This document shows positions 9,030-16,341 of a stretch of 32,000 nt of DNA, piece by piece. The translations under genes were made by a program, and so were the position numbers. How positions within the stretch are numbered: the first letter of the stretch is position 1; every line of letters begins with the position of its first letter. A model generated the notes under the pieces. It did no database searches. It worked only from the letters and a program-made list of their open reading frames with translations, and was not told the DNA's origin. Source of the stretch: Candidatus Electrothrix sp. GW3-4 (GTDB lineage Bacteria; Desulfobacterota; Desulfobulbia; Desulfobulbales; Desulfobulbaceae); assembly GCF_037902255.1 (NCBI RefSeq), contig NZ_CP147990.1:3360001-3392000 (forward strand), written 5' to 3'.

Positions 9030-9698
9030 TCCCTTTCGCCAACAACACCTCAACAGAACCAGATACTAGTACACTGCGGCGCAAGTCTTACGTATCTTTT
9101 TTTCACGTAACATCATGTTAAGTTTTAAAAAGCTAAACTTGTAAGTATGGTAGAATTTACGCCCTAATGTACTCGCCAAATGAATAAATCTGACTGTTAC
9201 ATTTTTAGGGGAGGGGCACCTTGACATAACCAACCGTATGATTATCAATGGAAAGTTAGATCGCAATATCATAACTGCCATGATAACTGTATGAAGGTAT
9301 TAATGGGGAGCTCAGCCCCGAGAGCAAATTGTACAATATGTGTCCCTTTTGACAAAGCAGGGTCTGTATACCAGGTGGAATGTCCACAAAATTATCGTCG
9401 CCAACTTGATGACATCATAAGAAAACATCCCGAACCTTTCCTCCTGACATCAAAAACGGATATCGGATGATGCCTCGTTCCTGATCAACGCATAGCAAAA
9501 TCATGCAGGCAAGAAGAGGATGTGCAGCACCATCCCTTGGCTGCACCTCCCATATTGTCTTCCTCCCTCCTTTTCCTCTTCCTTACTGTCTGCCAACATC
9601 TTCCCTTGCAATTTGCCAGACCATACGATAGTGATTGAAGGGTTCCGTTGTGAAGCCGGGACCACGCTCACAAAAATTACCACTACCCCATAGAATCT

Positions 9699-12600
9699 AT
9701 GCGTACCTTTTTATTCCCTTGTTTCTTATCGTTCTTATTCATGCCCCTTTTTCTCTCCTCTTCTTTGCTGCTGCAAAATGCTGAAGGGGCCCCAACTCCG
9801 GTTTCCCCTGCGCCACTGCACCAGGATATCCATATCGCCTTTGCCCTTGAATCAGCCTTGTTGCAGGGTAATGCCACCATCCTTCTGCCGCCGGAGAGAG
9901 AACTGAACCTCTCTTTTGTCGAGCTGGAACACATCCAGATAGAGATCACCGAAACATGGCAAGAAGCAAACGATGAAGAACCCGTTCCGCAGGAAATCGC
10001 ACCAAACAGTGACAAGACACTCTCGCTGGCCCCGACAGCCCAGGAACGCACCCTTTCCCTGAGCTGGCAGGTGACTGCCCCGCCTCCGGGGACATCCGGT
10101 AACCTGATCAGCCCTCAAGGCATCACCCTGACCGGTCCCTGGCATCCAACAACAGGCGAGAAGATGCTCTTCTCCCTGCATGCAGAACTGCCGCCCGGTT
10201 TCTCTGGAGTGACTGAGGCTGAAAAAATAAAAATTAGAGCAGAGGAAGAACAGCAACTCTTTAAAGCCACATCCCCCCAGCCTCTTTACTCCATCAATTT
10301 TGCTGCTGGCCCCTATACGGTCCTCTCGCGCCATCTCAACAGGCTGACCCTTTACAGCTATTTCTTTGCAAAAGATGAAGAACTCGCTCCGGCCTATCTG
10401 GACCGGGCCGCAGAATACATTCAGCGTTATGAGGAACTGATCGGTCCCTTTCCCTATACAAGATACTCCATAGTCGAGAATCGACTGCCCACTGGCTACG
10501 GCATGCCCGGCTTCACCCTCCTGGGGCAGGCAGTGGTTCGACTCCCCTTTATCAAGGACACCTCGCTAGGGCACGAAATCCTGCATTCCTGGTTCGGCAA
10601 TGCCATCGACATTGGAGAAGGTGGCAACTGGTGCGAAGGGTTAACCACCCTGCTGGCTGATCAGAGCTCTGCCGCAGAAAAGGGAGACGGCATTGCCTCT
10701 CGTAAAAATCAGCTCCTCCGCTATCAGGCCTATGCCGGACAGGACAACGAGAAGACGGTGCTCGATTTCCAAAAAGCTGGGGATTACCGGCCCATGGCTC
10801 GAAAAATGCGGGCCATCGGTTACGACAAAGCAAGCATGCTCTTTCATAGCCTGCGGCGGGAGATCGGGGACGAGCCATTCTTTGCAGCACTCAGACAGTT
10901 CTACCAGGACAAGAAATATTCTGATGCCAATTGGTCAGATCTGGAAAACACCTTTGCTGCGACCTCAGGCCGGGATCTCTCCCTATTTTTCAGTCAATGG
11001 CTGGCCCGCCCAGATATCCCCTCGTTTACAGTAGAGGAGGTTGGGATGGAGCAACAAGGGGGCAGCACCGTACTTTCCTTCCATATCGTCCAACATACCG
11101 AGAAACCCTACTCTTTTCGCCTGCCGATCATTGTCAAGACGCGACAGGAGACCATCCGCGAAAACATCATAATCGAGACCGCGGATCAGGAGGTAATGAT
11201 CACGATACCCAGCCTGCCCACTGAAATGATCATTGACCCGGAATACGACCTGATGCGGATACTGGATAAAAAAGAACGTCCTCCTGTCTGGATGTCCTTT
11301 GTGGGAGCGAAGCAGAAGACAGTGGTCCTGCCGGAGAACGAGGAGGCCCTTCCCTCTTACCTGCCCCTGATCACCGAGCTTGAACGCTGGGGCTGTCGGA
11401 TCGTCAAGGCCAAAGGACTGAAGAACAGTGAACTGACACAGGGCAGTTTTCTCTTCCTAGGGAGCTCTTCACACAACCGGACTCTCTTTGGCACAGCCCA
11501 GGAGCAAAAAACCGGATTCAGCCTTGCTGTGCGGAAGAATCCCCTGAATCAAAAGCAGGTCATGGTCCTGATTTCCTCAGCATCTGCGAAAGAAAGCCAA
11601 AAGGCCTTGCCCAAGCTCAGGCATTACGGCAAATATTCCCGCCTTCTCTTCCAGCAGGGCAAGATCAAAGAAAAAGATATCACCCCGGCAGACAACGGTA
11701 TCCGCCTGCCCCTGCTGAAGCCAGCAATCGGCATTCCTGTCCCCCAGGTTCAGGGATTTCCTGCTATTCTTAACGATATTTCCCAAAGCAGGATCATCTA
11801 CCTCGGGGAAACCCATACGGATTACGGGACCCATCTCCTCCAGTTGCAGATCCTCCAGGCCCTGCGGGCACACCTGGAGCAAGAAGGGAAAGGCAAGGAC
11901 CTGGTTATCGGGATGGAGATGTTTCCCCGTAGCTCCCAGCCTGCCCTGGATGGCTACATCAACGGAACCATCGCCACGGAGCAGAACTTTCTCCGCCTCT
12001 CAGATTATTACGATACCTGGGGCTATGATTACCGCATGTACCGGGATATCATCAACTATGCCAAGGCGCACCGAATCCCCATCATCGGGCTGAATCTCAA
12101 TAAGGACATCGTCAGTAAGGTCTTCCAAACAGGATCCACCGATGAGCTGACACCGGAGCAGCTCAGCGAGGCCGCACCAGATCGTGACCTGGATCTGGCT
12201 GGCTATCGGGAGCGTCTTGTCCAGGTCCATGCCCTGCATAAGGAGAAGAACGAAAAGAACTTTGGCGGCTTTTTGCAGGCCCAGGCTATCTGGGATGAAA
12301 CCATGGCCGAATCCATTGCGGACTTTCTTCAGACCCATCCTGACAAAAAAATGCTGGTTCTGGCCGGGACAGGCCATGTATACAAGGATAGTGCGATTCC
12401 ACCTCGGGTGGCCCGCAGGATGAAAGGACGTCAATCTGTGCTCATTGCCAATAACGGTCAGGTCACCGGGGCGAAAAAAGGCTGGCAGGCCGACTATCTG
12501 ATGTTCACCGAAGAGGTGGAGCTGCCCCCTGCCGGTAAAATCGGGGTGGTTCTCAAAGAAGATGAGCAGACCGTTGATCGACCTTCCCGAGTTGAGATTG

Positions 12601-12842
12601 TTGATATTAACCCCTTGGGTAAGGCCAGTGAAGCGGGCCTGCAACAAGGCGATGTTATCCTGGCCGTGGATAACTCTCCGGTTGCCACCATTGGTGGTCT
12701 GAAAATAGCCCTTCTTGATAAAAAGCCTGGGGAAACGGTTCAGCTGAATATCGTCAGAAAGAATAAGGTAATGGATATCAAGGTGGAGTTATCAGATATG
12801 GAGAAGGCAGCTATGATGCCGCCAGGGCATCCGAAGAAGTAG
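9699..12842 (+). CDS. Exported multidomain protein: M1-family zinc peptidase + ChaN/Tiki-like (haem-binding uptake) module + C-terminal PDZ
   Basis: There is a hydrophobic N-terminal signal (MRTFLFPCFLSFLFMPLFLSSSLLLQNA). The zinc motif is GHEILHSWFGN...NWCEGLTT (HEXXH at nt 10572-10586 plus a downstream Glu). The ChaN/Tiki-type motif set is IIYLGETH, VIGMEMF, AQAIWDETMA and LAGTGH (about aa 690-935). The PDZ-like end is GLQQGDVILAVDNSPV...GETVQLNIVRKNKVMDIKV. Confidence 0.8.
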   Translation: MRTFLFPCFLSFLFMPLFLSSSLLLQNAEGAPTPVSPAPLHQDIHIAFALESALLQGNATILLPPERELNLSFVELEHIQIEITETWQEANDEEPVPQEIAPNSDKTLSLAPTAQERTLSLSWQVTAPPPGTSGNLISPQGITLTGPWHPTTGEKMLFSLHAELPPGFSGVTEAEKIKIRAEEEQQLFKATSPQPLYSINFAAGPYTVLSRHLNRLTLYSYFFAKDEELAPAYLDRAAEYIQRYEELIGPFPYTRYSIVENRLPTGYGMPGFTLLGQAVVRLPFIKDTSLGHEILHSWFGNAIDIGEGGNWCEGLTTLLADQSSAAEKGDGIASRKNQLLRYQAYAGQDNEKTVLDFQKAGDYRPMARKMRAIGYDKASMLFHSLRREIGDEPFFAALRQFYQDKKYSDANWSDLENTFAATSGRDLSLFFSQWLARPDIPSFTVEEVGMEQQGGSTVLSFHIVQHTEKPYSFRLPIIVKTRQETIRENIIIETADQEVMITIPSLPTEMIIDPEYDLMRILDKKERPPVWMSFVGAKQKTVVLPENEEALPSYLPLITELERWGCRIVKAKGLKNSELTQGSFLFLGSSSHNRTLFGTAQEQKTGFSLAVRKNPLNQKQVMVLISSASAKESQKALPKLRHYGKYSRLLFQQGKIKEKDITPADNGIRLPLLKPAIGIPVPQVQGFPAILNDISQSRIIYLGETHTDYGTHLLQLQILQALRAHLEQEGKGKDLVIGMEMFPRSSQPALDGYINGTIATEQNFLRLSDYYDTWGYDYRMYRDIINYAKAHRIPIIGLNLNKDIVSKVFQTGSTDELTPEQLSEAAPDRDLDLAGYRERLVQVHALHKEKNEKNFGGFLQAQAIWDETMAESIADFLQTHPDKKMLVLAGTGHVYKDSAIPPRVARRMKGRQSVLIANNGQVTGAKKGWQADYLMFTEEVELPPAGKIGVVLKEDEQTVDRPSRVEIVDINPLGKASEAGLQQGDVILAVDNSPVATIGGLKIALLDKKPGETVQLNIVRKNKVMDIKVELSDMEKAAMMPPGHPKK

Positions 12843-12974
12843 ACGACAGCCGCCATTACATTCAGGCTTCGAGCCTTTGCCTTTCCTCCCTTATACCCCG
12901 CATCAGGGCATGGTCTCAAGGTATGCAAGAGGCTGAAAGAAGAGATCCCGCGCCGGATATTCAAGACGACCATC

Positions 12975-13007
12975 AAAAAAGGCGGCACCTTGCGGCGCCG
13001 CCTTTTT
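12975..13007. terminator. Bidirectional rho-independent terminator
   Basis: AAAAAA-GGCGGCACC-TTGC-GGCGCCGCC-TTTTT: a GC-rich stem with one mismatch and a tetraloop, with an A-run on one side and a T-run on the other. It lies 133 nt after the 9699..12842 stop. Confidence 0.7.
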
Positions 13008-13125
13008 CTCTTACACCTCAAGACCGGGGTATTTCTTTAGATCATGCTCTCCAGATACCTGATGGCCTCCTTACTCACCGGATACACCTGATTCTGGCTG
13101 TCGCAGTCTTGAATCCAGTCATTAG

Positions 13126-13759
13126 TTAACCGAGATTATTCCGACCTCCGACGAAGTGTTGCGCATTGTCGAAGAGATGTCCAAGGAGCAGCACAGAAGA
13201 CCTATTTTTGTTTTTGCCGCCGACGGTGCAATGGCACCGATCCAGACTGAGAAACAAGGGAAGCCGAACTGTTGAAAGGAGGCTAAAGGCATTCGGGATA
13301 TCTGATTGATTAGGAGCACATAATTCATCTATTGAGTTGGCATCAAATCGGCAACAAAGAACAGTTTTTGTCACAAGGTTCGCGTATGCTTTATCGGTGA
13401 CGGAGCAGGCTGGATATGGAACACGGTGAAAGAGGTGTACCCCAGTTGCCGGGAGGTCCTTGACTATTTTCATTATTCACAGGCATCTGTATGATTTTGC
13501 GAAAATTCATTACGGAAATGGCGCCCCATGCCGGGATTGGATTGAAAGCACCAAGGTACGCCTTTTTGCCAACAAGGTTTCTGCCGTGATCAGCGGTCTC
13601 AAAAGAATGCAATGCCGTACGGACGAAACGCAAGACAGCTGCAGAAAGCTGATTGATTACCTTACGGAGCATAGGGGTCGTGTCGATTATGGAAAACTCC
13701 GCCGAGGCGGGTATCCCTTAGGCAGCGGAGCAATTGAAAGTGCGAATAATATGAAATAG
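13126..13759 (+). pseudogene. DDE transposase remnant (ISKra4-like by motif pattern), truncated at both ends and decayed
   Basis: Readable pieces are ...PIFVFAADGAMAPIQTE.., FIGDGAGWIWNTVKEVYPSCREVLDYFH and ...YLTEHRGRVDYGKLRRGGYPLGSGAIESANN. They are separated by in-frame stops (the first at 13270-13272) and a +1 frameshift near 13480. There is no N-terminus, and the C-terminus ends where the AT-rich island begins. The family assignment is from memory of the GDGA.WIW / LD.FH / G.PIGSG.IES pattern. Confidence 0.65.
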
Positions 13760-14172
13760 GTCCTTCAAAACTATAAAACTAAATTTTTTGAAAAATATTT
13801 CAAGAAATTTTATTGCGGCAGAGTGAAATTCAAAAATCACGAGAATGTGACTTTTTATCAACCAGATATTTTTACAGTTTTTTATTGTTTTTTTTGCTGT
13901 TCACTATATTTTGTATAAAAAATACCCGGATGATATCCGCAGGGCGAACGCACGAGATATTATCTTTTTATAACAGATAGTTAAAATGCATGTATAGTTC
14001 CTTGAAAAAGTGTCATCCAAGCGTCGTTATTGCATAAAAACTATAGAGAGAAGCATATTTTCAATAAAACATGGAACGAGTTTACATATTCTATTAATTC
14101 TATGGCAGAAGTCATGCGTTTGCCCTGATGATATCCGGCACTACATAACTTTGCTTATTTATAACGGAAAAA

Positions 14173-15456
14173 ATGAAATTTACTTTATTAGACAGAGAAA
14201 AAATAGATCACTGGAAGGCATTGAAAAGATACCTTACCATTGCTCTCATCATTGAATTCATTATTCTCTGCATCTACACGCCATACGCTAGCTCCGCTTT
14301 AAATATTACGGAGAATATAGTCAGCCATTTGCATCACTGGATTCGACAAAAAGAGGATAAATTCATTGAGTGGACAATGAATGTGTATGAGGGCGCTGAG
14401 CTAGTTAATGAGAAGGGAAACTTATGCTGGATTAACATAGATAATGATACCTATAAAAATAAAGCATGGCACTCTAATGATAACTCTCGAGGAAAAATTA
14501 ATAAAAGTAATCTATTGAAACTTATTAAGTCTGTCCTTGAACTCCAGCCAGCTTTGGTAGTTGTCGATGTTAGTCTGAGAACAAAGGAAACTCTTGATTC
14601 TGATTTTCAGATTAACTACCTAGCTAAGTATAATAAAAAAGAAATTCCAATTGTTCTCACCGGAAATTTTTACAATTTCGATATAGAAAAAAACTTTAAT
14701 GAGATAAAAAGCATCTATTGGGCACTCCCTACCTTTTATCAAGAAGAGGATGGTGTAATACGTCGCTTTAAATTATGGAAATCAGGTTGTCCAGATACAG
14801 GAGACCGTATTATACCGTCCATACCACTACTTGCTAATGCCTTGGTAAAAACAGATGGATGTGAAGCGGCAAAAGAATGTGATTTTCATTATCCCACCTC
14901 AGACTGTTTCGCATTGAGCAGCAACATGCTTCATCGAATTATTTACAGATTTCCTTGGAAAAATGCAGATAACAGCCCATCACAGTTAAAGGTGATTTCC
15001 GCAGAAAACCTTAAAGGAAACAAAGAACAATACGGGGAGAAAATAAAAGGTAGCATTGTGATTATTGGAGGAAGTTACCAAAAAAGCAACGATTTTCACG
15101 AAACACCGCTGGGCGAAATGCCGGGAAGTCTCATTATTATCAACGCCATACACTCTCTGCAAATTGAAGGTGCGAACAAGCCATTTCCTCTGTGGGCTGT
15201 CCTCCTCATTTTGACAGCAATTGTTTTTTTGATAGCTGTTGTATTCTCTCAATTTGGTTCCACTAAGGGAAGTATTATATCTTCTGCCATCATTGGATCT
15301 TTCAGCTTGATTGTACTCTATATTTTTCCAGACACCCTTTTTATATTCAAAAACGGCGTCCCCTTCACCTTTGCAATTGCGCTGAGTATTGTCGGCATAC
15401 TCGGCTGTATCCCCATCGGCAATGTTGATCCTACCAACAAGGAAAAGCAATCATGA
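14173..15456 (+). CDS. Stand-alone CHASE2 domain membrane protein (no output domain)
   Basis: The topology is one N-terminal TM (YLTIALIIEFIILCIY), an extracytoplasmic region of about 300 aa, then three C-terminal TMs, ending 15 aa after the last helix. CHASE2-like motifs are CWINIDNDTY...PALVVVDVSL, EEDGVIRRFKLW and IVIIGGSYQKSNDFHETPLGEMPGSLIIINAIHSL. Confidence 0.75.
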   Translation: MKFTLLDREKIDHWKALKRYLTIALIIEFIILCIYTPYASSALNITENIVSHLHHWIRQKEDKFIEWTMNVYEGAELVNEKGNLCWINIDNDTYKNKAWHSNDNSRGKINKSNLLKLIKSVLELQPALVVVDVSLRTKETLDSDFQINYLAKYNKKEIPIVLTGNFYNFDIEKNFNEIKSIYWALPTFYQEEDGVIRRFKLWKSGCPDTGDRIIPSIPLLANALVKTDGCEAAKECDFHYPTSDCFALSSNMLHRIIYRFPWKNADNSPSQLKVISAENLKGNKEQYGEKIKGSIVIIGGSYQKSNDFHETPLGEMPGSLIIINAIHSLQIEGANKPFPLWAVLLILTAIVFLIAVVFSQFGSTKGSIISSAIIGSFSLIVLYIFPDTLFIFKNGVPFTFAIALSIVGILGCIPIGNVDPTNKEKQS

Positions 15457-16340
15457 AAATTTGTAATTATTTGAAATTAACCATTGCTGTAACAATCTCA
15501 TTGCAACCTATCACGGTTGCAGCACACGCTGCCTCCCAACACATCAAACAGCATGGGGTTCTCTTTGCGGGATCTCTTGAAAATGCCCATCCCTACCAAT
15601 ATGCATATAATGAGATACCACAGCCAAACCTGACAGGAACTTTAAAAAATAACAGCAACAGGGATAAACAGTCAGCAGAAGCAACAGAAAGGAAAAAAGA
15701 AGACAACGCGACAGTCAGGGCCAACCTGCTGGCATGGGTTACCCACATCCTGACCGAGCGTTATGACTATGAGAAAGAATGCGAAGAAGTACCACTCTTC
15801 ATACGAGGTGATAAAGAAAGCAAAAAACTAACCATTCCCCTACTGGAAAACCATCGAAAAATTATAGCTGGCACTCGAGTCTTTCACCTGAGATGGCAAG
15901 GAGGTAAATCGCCCTATCGAGTCCGTATAAGCCGTGAATATGAACGTCACCCCTTCATTGAGCGAGATTCGATTCAGGGGCATGACCTGCGTCTGGAAAA
16001 TTTCTCCCTTTCTCCCGGCAATTACACTCTAAAAATTAACGATACGGAACACAGTAAAATTCGAGTCGAATTTACTGTGGTTCCAGGCAAAACTGTGCCT
16101 CCAATGCCAGCCGAAATAAAGGGAAGCGATCTGTCCCATGCGGCAAAGGCCACGGTATATGCCACTTGGTTAGCTTCTCAGCAGGGAGGAACTTGGATAT
16201 TCGAGAGCTTTCAACGAGTGGCGGGCATGTCGGATAATTATCAACCCGCTCACCTGTTAAGCAATTTATTGGCTGACGGCCAAGACCTTGGGCCAATTCG
16301 TAAAGTAACAGTCCCTATTCAGAACAGCATAAAGTGGTGA
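15453..16340 (+). CDS. Secreted protein of unknown function (possibly distant DUF928-like)
   Basis: Its start overlaps the CHASE2 stop by 4 nt (ATGA) and is preceded by AAGGAAAAG. There is a signal peptide (MKICNYLKLTIAVTISLQPITVAAHA|AS). The C-terminal part (LSPGNYTLKINDTEHSKIRVEFTVV...AAKATVYATWLASQQGGTWIFESF) loosely recalls the DUF928 layout. That family call is tentative. Confidence 0.7.
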   Translation: MKICNYLKLTIAVTISLQPITVAAHAASQHIKQHGVLFAGSLENAHPYQYAYNEIPQPNLTGTLKNNSNRDKQSAEATERKKEDNATVRANLLAWVTHILTERYDYEKECEEVPLFIRGDKESKKLTIPLLENHRKIIAGTRVFHLRWQGGKSPYRVRISREYERHPFIERDSIQGHDLRLENFSLSPGNYTLKINDTEHSKIRVEFTVVPGKTVPPMPAEIKGSDLSHAAKATVYATWLASQQGGTWIFESFQRVAGMSDNYQPAHLLSNLLADGQDLGPIRKVTVPIQNSIKW

Positions 16341-16341
16341 C

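Noticed and set aside
13037-13129. A minus-strand fragment reading ..LTNDWIQDCDSQNQVYPVSKEAIRYLESMI*, ending just before the bidirectional terminator.
   Set aside because: It reads like the genuine 3' end of a gene cut off by the transposase remnant. However, it has only about 30 codons, no start and no recognisable family, so I do not report it as a feature.
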